From assembly GCF_964355755.1 (NCBI RefSeq), contig NC_092671.1, positions 35,102,304-35,166,303 of the forward strand: a stretch of 64,000 bases of DNA, given 5' to 3'. Below, piece after piece: positions 11,468-24,572 of this stretch. The translations under genes were made by a program, and so were the position numbers. The notes under the pieces were generated by a model. The model worked only from the letters and a program-made list of their open reading frames with translations. It was not told the DNA's origin and made no database searches. The DNA is from Antedon mediterranea (lineage: Eukaryota > Animalia > Echinodermata). Position 1 is the first letter of the stretch; every line of letters starts with the position of its first letter.

Positions 11468-14400
11468 TTAGTTATCCGCACTAGGCGGATAACTCCTTGT
11501 AATTGTATGAAATCATCTTTTTTTTTTTGGTTATCCGCAACGAAGTTGCAGGATAACCTCTTGTGATTGTACGAAATCATCATCATCATCATCATCAACT
11601 TTTTATTCTTCTTCTTTCTTTCTGTATGATTTTTGTGTAACGCTTTTCTCTAAAATTCGCAAACATAACATTTCGGTAACTATGTTAACATTTTGACATT
11701 TATGTAACGTCGTCAAGCGAAGCTTTTCATGATGTTTACAATTGCGCAACGTGACGTACGCGCGATTTAACGATTTTCTCGTATCTAACATATGTCGAAA
11801 ACCAAATAACATTTTAAAGTGAAACTTTGCAAAAGTTTAATTTATATCATGCGCTAACTTTCTGTTGAAAAAAAATTGCGTGTTTTACACAAAGTTACGC
11901 GCGCACGCGTATTTAAAATTTCAAAATGCGCAAAATTAATTTATAATCAACTTTCTACGCGTTTTATGTCGTTTTAAGCATGTCAAAAATTCCCACGCGT
12001 GCGCACATTTTTACGTGTGCGGTGCGCACGTAGCATTGAAAACGTATTTTTTTCGCGTGATTTATGTTTTTCCAGCCTTTTCTAGCAATTTTACCAAATT
12101 TTAAACAATTTCGACTTAAAGATACGTCATACGAGCACGTCGAATTGGGCAATTTGCGCGCGTTTTTTATGAAAAGGTTAAAAAATTCGTTTAAAATATG
12201 CCTTTTTTTAAACAGTCGTAATTTCTAAACTAGACGGTCAACTTTTTGTGGATGACATATTCTGGAAGTAGATGAGTTGTAGATATCGGATCAGGTATTA
12301 ATATGGCTAACCGGACATTGTGACGTCATCGTATGGCCACGCGAATATAAAATTTAGGATTTTTGTATCTTTCGTCATAACTCATCACATTGAATAGAGC
12401 GCATCTCCACCTATTCGTTTTCTATTTTCACCCTGATTTTGATATTGTCTAGGTCAATCAACTATCTTTCGCATGAGTTAAAAATATTTTAATTTTTTTG
12501 ACGTCATCATGCCTAAAAATTTAAATCACGTGTGGCATCAATTTCATCTTTACAGTAAATTTTAATCTGTTATAGCTCGTAAGAATAAAATGTGATAATC
12601 ACGATTAAAACTTTTTCTGGAAGCTATTGGATTGTAGATACGAAATTATGTAAAAATGTTGCCAATCGGATGTTGTGACGTCATCATATGGCCAGTTAAA
12701 TGAAAAAGGTCGTATTTTCATCTTTTGCGTCATAATTCATTACATTTAAAAGAGCGCGCATCAATATTTCACGTATTCAAATTTCTTCTACACGCTAATA
12801 CGTTGTTGCTGAGATAATTTCCTTTCGGAATTGCTACCTTCGCGTTTTATTTTAAAACCGTCAACATGTTAAAAATTGCAATAAATAGCAGGTCCCGTAA
12901 TTTCACCTATTCTACACTGTATGTCACTGTATGTGATATGGATACAGAATATACTGTGTATACTATATATGAATTTAAATAATAAAATTCAGCAATAACA
13001 ACATATCATATTCTTCAGTTCAGATCATAATGCCAACGTGAACACTTCCTTTTGTCCTCAACCTATCCCCTTAATGTTAATGTTGCACCACTTGCGCGGC
13101 GGATAACCAAACTCGTCAAAGTGACGAGTTACATGTCTAGTCTTTATTTTTCTTTCTTTGTGTCAATTTTGTGTCTCACGTATCTCTAAAACGTGCTAAC
13201 ATAACATTTTATAATTTTGTCAACATGTGGGCATTTACGTGAAATTGTGCACCTCCTATTGTGAATGACGTTAGATTTGCGCAACGTGATTTACACGCGA
13301 TTTAACGATTTTCTCGTATTTAACATAGGTCAAAAACCAAATAACATTTTAAATTGAAACTTTGCAAAAGTTTAATTTATATCATGCGCTAACTTTCTGT
13401 TGAAAAAAAATTGCGTGTTTTACACAAAGTTACGCGCGCACGCGCATTTAAAATTTTAAAATGCGCAAAATTAATTTTTAATCAACTTTCTACGCGTTTC
13501 TTGTCATTTTGAGCATGTCAAAAATTCCCACGCGTGCGCAAATTTGTACGCGCGCGGTGCGCATGTAGCGTTAAAAACATACTTTTTTCCCATGATTTAT
13601 GTTTTTCCAGCCTTTTCTAGTAATGTTACTAACTTTTAAAAAAATTCGACTTAAAATTACGTCATACGAGCACGTCGAATTAGATAATTTGTGCGCGTTT
13701 TTGATCAAAAAGTTTAAAAAATCGTCAAAATTATGCCTTTTTTTAACCAGTCGTAATTTCTAAACTGCACGGTCAACTTTTTGTGGATGATATATTCTGG
13801 AAATTGATGAGTTATAGATATCGGATCAAACATTAATGTGGCTAACCAGACATTGTGACGTCATCGTATGGCCACGCGATTATAAAATTTAGGATTTTTG
13901 TGTCTTTCGTCATAGCTAATCACATTTAATAGAGCGCGTTTCCACTTATGCGTTTTCCATTTTCACCCCGATTTTGATGTTGTATAGGTCTATCAACTAT
14001 CTTTCGCATGAGTTAAAAATATTTTAATTTTTATGACGTCATCATGCCTAAAAATTTAAATTACGTGTGGCGTTAATTTCATATTTACAGTAAATTTTAA
14101 TCTGTTATAGCTCGTAAGAATAAAATGTGATAATCACGATTAAAACGTTTTCTGGAAGCTATTGGATTGTAGATACGAAATCATGTGAAAATTTTGCCAA
14201 TCGGAGATTGTGACGTCATCATATGGCCAGTTGAATAAAAAAAGTCGTATTTTCATATTTTGCGTAATAGTTCATCACATTTAAAAGGGTGCGCATCTAT
14301 ATTTTACGTATTCAAATTTCTTCTACACGTTAACATGTTGTTCCTGAGATAATTTCATTCTGACATTGCTATCTAAGTGTTTCATTTTGATACCGTCGCC

Positions 14401-14669
14401 ATGTTAAAAATTGGAATAAATGGCGGGTCCCGTAATTTCACCTATTCTACACTGTATGTAATATGTATACAGATTATACTGTTTGCATGTATTACTATAT
14501 GACACAAAATTGACAGAATTCAGCACTAACAGCATATCATATTCTTCAGTTCTTGTCATAATGCCATAATCTTTATCTGTGTGCAATATTCCAACGTATG
14601 ACGTGCACGTGGCGTTTGTCGTGGTGCGGATAACTAACTCGTCAAAGTGACGAGTTTCATGTCTAGTTT
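11468..14669 (+). mobile_element. Helentron/HINE-type non-autonomous element A (outer, interrupted by element B)
   Basis: 5' subTIR TTAGTTATCCGCAC (11468-11481) sits in a 5' palindrome. Its perfect complement GTGCGGATAACTAA is at 14624-14637, followed by hairpin ACTCGTCAAAGTGACGAGT and terminal CTAGTTT. Confidence 0.8.
11526..13141 (+). mobile_element. Helentron/HINE-type element B (inner, nested in A)
   Basis: 5' TTTGGTTATCCGC with palindrome, then (CAT)n/(CTT)n microsatellite. 3' GCGGATAACCAAA (13099-13111), the same hairpin and CTAGT (13137-13141). Body aligns with 13142-14666. Confidence 0.8.
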
Positions 14670-15137
14670 ATTTCTTCACTTTGTATGGATTAAAAAAAAT
14701 TATGAACCTTTGAATTAAATAGTTCAATTAATTCACATCCGTTATATAATAACATTCTCATTATGTGTAAATTACAATTTTTTTTATGGTGGGGATTTAA
14801 GGGCCTAATGTCATAAAATGACTAGTAGTAATCGTATTACTATTAACTATTATAATGCTACAGTACGTTGAAACCAGATGAAGTTGTGTTCACGATTAGT
14901 GTAAGTCGTTTTTGATTTAATAAAATACAGGATTTGTAAATATTTTGTGTTTTTGAGTAGAAACTTGGTTTCTCAAACACATCATTATTTTTCCTTCAAC
15001 ATTGTCTGTATTCTAAATTAATCATTAAAAATAAAATGTAATGTAACATTTACTTTATTTATAAATGTAATTGTTCTTTGATTACAGACAGTATAATTGT
15101 ATTTTGTTTGTAATCTATTTTGAAGAGATCATGTCAA

Positions 15138-15422
15138 CATTAGTCTACTGCAGTATTAATACAGTTACTACATTAGTCTACTGCAGTATTAATACAGTTA
15201 CTACATTAGTCTACTGCAGTATTAATACAGTTACTACATTAGTCTACTGCAGTATTAATACAGTTACTACATTAGTCTACTGCAGTATTAATACAGTTAC
15301 TACATTAGTCTACTGCAGTATTAATACAGTTACTACATTAGTCTACTGCAGTATTAATACAGTTACTACATTAGTCTACTGCAGTATTAATACAGTTACT
15401 ACATTAGTCTACTGCAGTATTA
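15138..15422. repeat. 33-bp minisatellite, about 8.6 identical units
   Basis: (CATTAGTCTACTGCAGTATTAATACAGTTACTA)n. Confidence 0.97.
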
Positions 15423-15473
15423 CTACAAGTTTGTTTCAATGTAGAAGTTTATGAGTGATTCACTGAAATAAAC

Positions 15474-15897
15474 GGGTATTGCTAAACACCGCAAACCCCG
15501 CAAACCCCCGCAAACCTCCAAAAAAACATAGCAAATCCCATCGAACCAACATAAAAGTGATTGAATCATGTAGTGTACAACCCACTGGGTATATCCATGT
15601 AAAAAAAATATTACATTTTTACTGTAACTACTTATTTTTAGGGTCGTACACTACATTATTCAATCACTTTTATGTTGGTTCGGTGGGGTTTGCTATGGTT
15701 TTTTGGAGGTTTGCGGGGTTTAGCAATCATTTTTGACCCCAAAAATAAGTTGTTAACAGTCGAAATTTAAATTTTTTTTACATGGATATACCCAGTGGGT
15801 TGTACACTACATAATTCAATCACTTTTATGTTGGTTCGGTGGGGTTTGCTATGTTTTTTTGGAGGTTTGCGGGGGTTTGCGGTGTTTAGCAATACCC
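15474..15897. mobile_element. Mutator/MULE-like foldback MITE
   Basis: Long TIRs of about 130 bp starting GGGTATTGCTAAACACCGC; 9-bp TSD GAAATAAAC at 15465-15473 and 15898-15906. Confidence 0.88.
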
Positions 15898-16384
15898 GAA
15901 ATAAACAGTGTGTAGTTTACCCAAAAAATGTAAATAAAAAATTTAGTTACTGCAGTAACTGAGCTGTAGATTTATTTTAACATGGTCCTTAAATTAGATC
16001 AATTTAGAGACCATGTCATTTTAATGCTTTTTACTTTTTTTCATTTTTCCAATATGTAAATTACCTTTTCTTGATTATCTCGTTTGTTTCTCATCAACGT
16101 GTACAAATTTTCATTCATCTGATTCCCGTGACCATATTTGGTAAAAATAAGCCATCGTAGAATAATAAAAATGTACTTAATGTGATAATAGGAACATTAG
16201 TGAACAGCTAAGGTGAGGGGTCAGTCTTGAATCTATTATATGAATAGGAAAATCACCTTTCTGTATCTGTGGGCAATAGTGTGATCTTTGAATTACTGTA
16301 CAGTGTTTAAGATTAGATATCCTGTGGAAGCCACACACATATGGTTGTCCCCTGAATAGTGACTGGTCTTTTAGTGATTTTTAA

Positions 16385-16511
16385 AAATATCCATATTCAT
16401 CGTGCTTCTAAACTAAGTCTCATTTTAGGATTTTGGAATAGATTTGGCACTAGGTCAGGATTGAACCTTGGGATGAGAAGGCAAGCACATTAACCACCAA
16501 GCTATAGCTTC
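16385..16511 (-). mobile_element. tRNA-SINE, family of 35352 and 61194
   Basis: Reverse complement reads GAAGCTATAGCTTGGTGGTTAATGTGCTTGCC...AAATGAGACTTAGTTTA. Confidence 0.75.
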
Positions 16512-17257
16512 ACACTATGTTATATTCCCCTTGTTCATAAACATAATTTATGGTTAAAAAAATTTACAAAATTATGTGCACATATGTGGCAAATGATAAT
16601 TCCAGGCCAAAGACAGAACACATTTAAAAAAAAATCGTTTAGAAAAATGTTTTATGAGTAACTCATTATAAAATAAAATTATTAAAAATGTTTTGGTCTA
16701 TTGGATGAAAGAGTCCATTATAAACTTAATTTCATATTACGACAGTTGGTTGTCTTTGTAGTCACACTCTAGTTATCACCATTTTTTCCATCATTTTTGC
16801 CAATCAAATCGTCCTGCCTTGAATTACCACTTAATAATGATATATAACTATTGTCTATTATGGTTTTTTGTTATTTTCTTTTATGATACCGAACAGAATG
16901 TTTTTAATAGAACAGTTTGACGGTTTACATATCCTATTTCTTCGAGCAATATTTTATCATTTTATATTAACCTGACCGAGATACGTTATATGAATATTTT
17001 TGATTTTTCTATTCATTTATTGCACGTAGAAAATTGTATCTTTTCTATGCATACAATCTTGTTAATAATTATGTTAATTTTTGTTTAAATTGATCTATTT
17101 TGTTTTTTGTTTTGTTTTTTTTTGTTTTGTTGTATTTTATTTGCTAAAAATATAAATTGCTATAAATGTCTATACGGCCATACAGCGTTGAAGTTGTTGG
17201 GTCGGTTGCATTCTGGAAGGAAGATCGTATAGAATCGAGGCGGGTGCTACATGTACC

Positions 17258-17445
17258 GGAGAGTAATGGTGTAATGATAAAATCTGACTAGGAAGTGATA
17301 GGCATTGGTTTGAACCTATCCTTACCATACTTACTGTACTGTATCCTTGAGTAAGATTCTTTACTCTCATTGCCTTGTTCTTCGGATGGGACGTAAAGCC
17401 GTTTGTCCCGTGTACATACTGTAGTGCACATTAAAGAACTCTCCT
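17258..17445 (+). mobile_element. tRNA-SINE with Deu/Nin-like domain, second head type
   Basis: ACTCTCATTGCCTTGTTCTTCGGATGGGACGTAAAGCCG...GTGCACATTAAAGAAC; relatives at 33280-33420 (-) and 49062-49206 (+). Confidence 0.7.
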
Positions 17446-17529
17446 GGTGTGCTTATCTGGTAGGAGTGCCTAATTCAAATTTCCTCAGTCTCCAGTTAAA
17501 AGCTTGAAGACAAATATAAATACCTTATA

Positions 17530-18032
17530 CAGTAAAACCTTTGTTTTACGTACCCTGATTTTTTGTTCCCTTAATATTACGTACGCTTAAATGACTGATG
17601 ACGTCATCATTTTCTTACATTGAGGGCGCAATTTAACAACAACAAAGCACAAAGCCATGGCTGTATGAAGAACTCATGTGCATTCCCCCTATGTAGCAGC
17701 GACTGTTTTTATTGATAGAAAATACAAGAACATTGATATTTTATTTATAACACTTTATTTAAACATTGTTCAGCCTGAATATACTATACAGTAGTTAGGC
17801 CTCACATCTTGCTAGGCCTGCTAGCCTGGCCTAGATTAGTCTAGGAAAGGCCTACTGTAGCTAAGCTAGTGACCACCTGCATACTGTACAAAGTAGGCAA
17901 ACACGGCAGCCTTTTTAGCTACATACGATCTATGTATTTGGGGGTCAATTTAAGGTCAACCTGGATTTACGAATCCCATGTTTTACGCACGCCTTTCGGT
18001 CCCGTACCGTACGTAAAAGGAAGGGTCTACTG
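17530..18032. mobile_element. Tc1/mariner-pogo-like MITE
   Basis: TA|CAGTAAAACCTTTGTTTTACGTAC ... GTACGTAAAAGGAAGGGTCTACTG|TA. Confidence 0.75.
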
Positions 18033-20639
18033 TACCTTTATGTCACAAGAAAGTGTCCCTTAAATAGAGGTGTCCTAGAAGACAATTTCTACAGTACCAT
18101 TCACATACCAACTGCTGCTATTCTTTCCTTTTTAATCCAACCTCAAGCTCTGTGATCTGAGGTGTAAATTACAGTTATCTGGAGGGTTCAAATCCTCTCT
18201 GAGATCAACCTGCAACTTTCTTGCAAATATTTGAAATCTACTACAGTAATTTAGTTTATAAACCAAAACCGACTCTATTATTTGAGTTGGTCAAAAGAAC
18301 TTCTCGTTAAATATTATTTCGTAATCAATTATCATAGCTACAGTACTACAATACATTATTTTATTATATGTTTAGAAATAGTGTATTTCTTCACTGTTGT
18401 GTTTAATAAAGCGGTTATTTAAAATGAATTGGAATACATCTTTATTATGGGTCTATGGAGTACTGTATCCCAAAGCTTTCCATAGAATCAATATGACTCG
18501 ATTAGTCCATGTAGTAATTTATTAAATGATAATGACATGTATTGTGTGTGCTATGCATTATATACTGTAATATACAATCATAAATTGTATTGTGTTCTTT
18601 TATTATCATTATTGTATTTTTGATGTTTGCAACAGCCTCATTTCCAACGTATTGTAAAGTTTACCAATGAGCTATAATTAGCAATATGCTTATTAGATGG
18701 AGTATTAATAGAACATACAATTAAGATACCATATTGTAATTATGATTATATTATAATAATGTTTGTTATGAATATTATAATTGGCCATCTGGCAAGTAGT
18801 CTAGTCTTGGTAATTCATAAATCAAAAATGAGGCATAATATGGATTACATGCTTTCTTTAAAATCTCATTCAATTTATGTAAGGGTCTGTTACTGCTGCA
18901 TAAACCGTTTATTTCAAAAATATAATTTTTAGACCGATCGCATTTCTGCCCAATTGGCGTGACCCTTAGGGAGTTTGCATTAGTTGAATAGTGTAACATC
19001 TAAGCCGTGATGTAGCCATGAGAAATAAAGTGGTCCGGTTTTCGCAAGAAAATGAAACAAGACACTGGTTTGTCAAAGGCCAGTTTGAAACCTTACCAAC
19101 CGTACTGGGAGCTACAGCCCTGTTAAGTCTGTGCAAGACTACGAGCAATGATTATTGGAATGTTCGGCACTACACATACTGTAATGCACTTTATCATTAA
19201 ATATCAATTAGAAAAGACATTTTGGCAACCTTTTCTGTTTGGCACCCACCCTATTAGTGTTTATTATTATTAATATTATACATCATTTGCTTATTTTCCG
19301 CCTAGTATACCAACCTTGTCATTGTAAACCTTTTAACACCTAGCCTAAGCTGTAGCTTCACTTCTTTATTTTAATAGCACATTTGCAATTCATTTATCTT
19401 CATATTAAGTCGGTTATATATGTCCTATCGTTTCCGGTTTTGTTTGGTTATTACTCTAAATGTAGCATTGCATATATTTTGACAGATTAACTCTGAGGGC
19501 TCTTTACGTAAAGCGTGGGTTGAAACGATACTCTGCTAATGCACTATGTACAATTAATGCATTCATTTGGGTCAAACGATATTTCCTCTACGGTTTAATT
19601 TCATACAGAATATATCGCAAGACCGATATGGAAAATGTTGACATGTAATTTTCTCTGGTATTGATTGCTTAAGGTTGTTATACCTTCTTGTAGATGTTGT
19701 TGTTTATCGAGTAACACGTATTATCTAATAATAATTGTATCATAAATTTGAATATGATCTAATATTTTTTTTAATATCATTTTTTGCAAATAAAAATTGT
19801 CAGTACATATAAAAGGTTTTTCTGTTTTTAGTTTCATTGAACTACTATACAGTAAATACAATCATTATTTCTTTCCTCTTTTATTATTTTCGTATGTTAA
19901 AATTTGTTTGAAAATGTCTATAATTTTCAAGAATCTTTTTTAAACTATACCATCCTTTTTTTTTCAATAAAATTATATAAATCTTAACAGAAGGTCTCTT
20001 TACATTTTGCCAAGTATTTTGTTTAGTTATGAGCACAATTTATTAAAATATTGAGAATTTTCGACAAAACACTAGTTGTATCATTTCAGAAACTCGCAGA
20101 GTATTCTAGTATTAAAAATCTTTAATCATGCTGGTTGTTACTAAATGATAATTCTTAATCGAAGAATATTAAATATGAATATTATTATTAGATAAGATGA
20201 TGATGAAGAGGAAATTGAGAAGTAATAGATGATAAAGAGGTTGGTACCAGCAAAGAGATTTCCTATTAAAGATTAAAGGATGTTGTATAAGGGCACTTGA
20301 GATTGGAAGAGACGATTTTACCTCTAAGTACAAAAGTAGAAGAAAGACGAGATAAGGAGGAGTATGTAGAATTTAATAAAGAATAAGAGAGATGGAATTA
20401 TTACAAAAGAAACTGAATGTAGGAGGAAATTAAGATTCATACCAATGATATTAATATTCTAAAATGATACTTTAATTTTCTGATTGATAAAAAAAGATGT
20501 TTTTCAAATTGAAGAGCATGGTAGTTTTGGAGTGGAAATGTTCAATAAGGAGATGAAAAGAAAGGAGTATGTGCTGTAGTTTGATGAGATTGACTGGGCA
20601 GGGGGCATACTGTAGGTATGTGAATAGTGTAATACAATA

Positions 20640-20790
20640 CAATATAGAACCCCTATTAAGGGGACACATTAGGACCTAAAAAAAGAGATATCACTTGAAT
20701 ATGTGTTGGCCATGATGTAAAACATTGGCCCTGTCTCATTTCACTAGCTAGGTCCTCTGAATAGGGGTGTCCCAAGGAGGGGTTCTACTA
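20640..20790. mobile_element. Short copy of the TATTAAGGGGACAC MITE family
   Basis: TAGAACCCCTATTAAGGGGACAC ... AAGGAGGGGTTCTACT. Confidence 0.7.
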
Positions 20791-21139
20791 GTGTATGATG
20801 GATAACATGGCGGGAGGTGTGCTGTAGGTAAAAAGTGAAAAATAATTAACATTAAATAATATAAATTAATATAGTGTACAATGTATACATTTATTTCAAA
20901 ATTGGATCAACATTTTGTAAAGTTGATTTCTATGGTAATTATGATGAACATACATTATACACATGTGCTTCATCGTGTGAAAACTTGTGATGGTTAACAA
21001 GAAGCAAAAATAATCTTCTCTGATAACTGAAATAAAATAAAAATACTCAAACAAATGTGATGGATGGACTATATACTGTAACAGGAAAGCCACTCCGAGA
21101 GTGCATACTTGTAGATCTTGTAATTACCTTTTCTTCAGT

Positions 21140-21203
21140 AATCATGCTAACAAACAAACAGACAAACTGATCGACTACATATACCTCATTGGCGGAGGTA
21201 AAT
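21140..21203 (-). mobile_element. 5' fragment of another HINE/Helentron-like element
   Basis: The minus strand reads TTACCTCCGCCAATGAGGTAT (palindromic head) followed by a GTTTGTCTGTTTGTTTG microsatellite. Confidence 0.5.
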
Positions 21204-23779
21204 AAACACGTCAGAGAACCAAAGGATATTACTGAAAAATATTTATAAAGTAAGAAAAAATAGAGATGATTATTATGTCGAGAAGGAAATCGCGTAGGAG
21301 GAGAAACAAGTATGAGGTTACCATAAATAAACCCCCAAATAATCAAGAAACAAAAGACGTGGGATGAACAGCGTGGGACAAACAAATTAAATCTCAGCAG
21401 AAATAATTTATTTAATGATACCACCTAAGATATTACGAATTGATATTACTTTAAATGATTATTTTGTACAGATACATCTCCAGGCGCTTGTTATTTAAAT
21501 TAAAGAACAACAAGCTATAGACAAACATCAATAATATTGATGTACTAAAGCAATTTGATTCATTGTGTAATTTAAAACTGAAAATACTTCCTATTTCAGA
21601 TTACAATGTGCTTTTGTCTGATTACATCCCAGTGGTTTATGAGAGGTATCTTTTTAACAATAATGTACACAAATGAATTAAGATTTTATATCCAAGAATC
21701 ACAATAGATCATTGTTGTGATCCCCCCTGGATGTATTATTTTTTTTCTTCTATGAAATTATGATATTATAGGGGTCGTTATATATTAGCATGAACAGAGA
21801 TCAAATACCTTGTGTCAACAAGTTTTGCCATGCCAAACAGTTGGTTGAGTGGTATAGGCTAGGCCCTGGGTTCGATGCTCATCAACATCATCTGTGTTTG
21901 TGGGAGAGGTGGAAGTCGGCCCCTGGGTACCCCTAAATTTAGTAAATTGTAATGCAAAAGATAGGACATCAAATTGAACTCAGCCCTTCATTTCACCATT
22001 TTTAGGCACTGGGCCCTCCTCCCCCACCTATTTCAAAACCCTGGATTTGCAGCTGTTTTTTAATAGTTGAGATAGATTATTTACAGGGTTAGATTTAAAG
22101 TTATATTTAGCTATGACTTCTGCCTCAACGTAATAGGAAAAAAAATAATGATGTGCGTTCTACGACGGCTATGTCGGAGTAAGTTTTAAGGTAACTTTAA
22201 TATTTCTATTTTTAAATTCCTATTAAAATTAAATTTCTATTTCTATCTTTAGTTTCTAATTCATACCATGGAGATATACCTCCATGTTTATACTGATAAA
22301 ATACTAATGTATGACCGATTATAATCTCATGGTATATAATCTCACCAATTTAGGTTAAATTTGGTCACAAGAATTCCATTGTTAATGCAATTTAAGTGTA
22401 TATCTATTAATACCACCACATAGTTTTTGTCCGAATTTCACACCCATAGAATTGCTACAGCAGAAAACTGGTTCTGAATTTTATGACAACAACAAAGAGG
22501 AATATATTTCTTGTACTTTGAACTTTATTATGAGTGTTTTTACCAAAAGCAGATGTTGCAGAATAAACTACATTTCTTTTTTTTATTCCACCCTTCCCCT
22601 TTGAGACCTATTGCGTTTGTAAAACATGCGAGGATTTGTAACAGTCTTTACTGAAAATCTCTATTTAATCCAAGTACGCAAAATTAAAACATAAAAGATT
22701 ATTGTCGGTAAACAACATCCGCTACAATTCGGTTGACATACATAATATGGAATATAATCATTCATCTTACAGGGCAGGTGATACGTTTCAGGCATTTTTA
22801 CTACTTTAAACTTAAAAACTTAATCAAAATGTGCTTTAAAAACTATGTCAAAGGTCGGGCAATACCCAGCTGCTTTGGGAACTAGGTGTGCTTTGTTTAT
22901 AAAAGTAGGTCTAAATTTTTAAACACTCTTGTTCATGATCGAGTATTATTATATAAATTCAAGGCTATTTTACTGTATACAGAGAAATAAAGTTTCTTTT
23001 TGTGGGATAACTTAACAATTTTCTAGGTCTAACCAATTATTATTATAAATTCAAGGATATTTTACTGTGTACTGAGAAATAAAGTTTCTTTTTGTTGTAT
23101 AACTTAAAGTTTTTCTAGGCCGAACAAATTGTTGTCCTTGGCCTTCTTGTTGTAGTGGATAAATACAATAATGTATACCAACAACTTTGTAGATGTTAAT
23201 GTACTTAGGTAACCTATCCTTGATATTACACTGTAGGTCTGGTTAATGAACTAGTGTAGTTTAAAATAGACATATTTTCCTTAAATGTGTAGTTCACATT
23301 TTAAAATAGCTTAAAATACTGTTGTACATGTCCTTCATGACAATAGGGTTTAATGAACTTGAATTTAGTTAAAACAGATACTGTATTGTATTTGTGCTCA
23401 TTTTATAATAACAAAGTTTAATACTATAATAGTTTTGTGGTAAACAATTTTTACACACTAACATAAAATAGGATCGTTTAATGAACTTGAAATAAATGTT
23501 TTTTTATAGGTTTTTTTTTAGATTATCAATTGGGACATATGGTATTTTTGCTAATTATAAACTGATGAAAGTTCAATACTTTCAGTAACTATAAAAAAAA
23601 AGAATTTTAAATAGAACACACAAAAAAATTGATTGAAATTAATGTACACAAGAATACGATGTTTTTTCCTAATGCAGTCATAACTTGGATCACTGAATAT
23701 GCATGGCCGCACATATTTTGGTTTTGAAAATGGTCAGAGTATAATTACTAATTATTATATGATACTATAGAAAAAAAAA

Positions 23780-23990
23780 AATAATAATAATAATACGAAT
23801 TTGTAAAGCGCCAATTCCAGCAGTAAGTATGAGAGAGCTCAATTTGAAAGAAAAAGATGAGTTTTCAAGGCAGATTTAAAGGCGAGTAGAAGAACATGAT
23901 CTGATAGAGGCGGGTAGGTCATTCCATAAGCGAGAGGCAGCAGAAGTAAAGGTGATTAGGCCATACGTTTTAGTGTTAAAAGTCGGAGAT
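23780..23990 (-). mobile_element. 3' end of an L2/CR1-group LINE
   Basis: Minus-strand peptide PTFNTKTYGLITFTSAASRLWNDLPASIRS, then after a frameshift FKSALKTHLF, typical of an ORF2 C-terminus. Followed by GCGCTTTACAAAT and an (ATT)n tail. Confidence 0.85.
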
Positions 23991-24469
23991 TTTTTGAAAA
24001 CAATTTGGGACCTTTTCACACTATAATGCCTATTTTCAGCATGATGCAACAAATGTTGTGTCTGAACACTAAAGTGACAGCATGTTTTTTGACAGTTTTC
24101 AGGAAATCTTGTTGATTTCATGAATTTGTCGAATTATTTGGAAACCAGTTTTCACAAGTTCACTGCCGTAAAATAAAACAGGAATGTTGTCATAATCAAT
24201 ACGACAGCTTTAGGTGTCGCATGTCACATACATCCATTGTTTACCTTTTGTTTGTTGTGTTGTTTTCATTTTATGCTTGAATGATTTTACAAAACACTGG
24301 GTTGTAGTTACCTGGGAAGTGGTTGCTCATTGGTGATAAGAACCATAGCAGTTCTCAATCTACTGTTACCTAATACGTGCCTGTGTAAAAATTAAAAATA
24401 ACAGGAATGTTTTCTTCAGTTTAGAAAAAAGGCAGACCCTGAAAGTACAAATTGTCACTAGCATAAGAT

Positions 24470-24572
24470 ACCACAAAACCACAGACCATAGCCCTAACAA
24501 CCACAGACCATGACCTTCAAAACCACAAACCATAGCCCTCAAAACCACACATAACTAACCAACATACCACAG
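24470..24572. repeat. Short degenerate ~21-bp tandem repeat
   Basis: ACCACAGACCATAGCCCT(C)AA-like units. Confidence 0.75.

Noticed and set aside
11600-14669. Simple tandem duplication or an LTR pair
   Set aside because: Crosswise subTIR pairing indicates nesting; there are no TG..CA ends, PBS or internal region.
10095-15422. Repeat arrays as CRISPR
   Set aside because: Units are contiguous without unique spacers, the context is eukaryotic, and there are no cas genes.
15071-15454. 127-aa ORF with TLVYCSINTVT repeats
   Set aside because: Artefact of a stop-free 33-bp minisatellite.
21047-21424. 125-aa minus-strand ORF
   Set aside because: Crosses a HINE-like head and probable degraded repeat sequence; no coherent domain.
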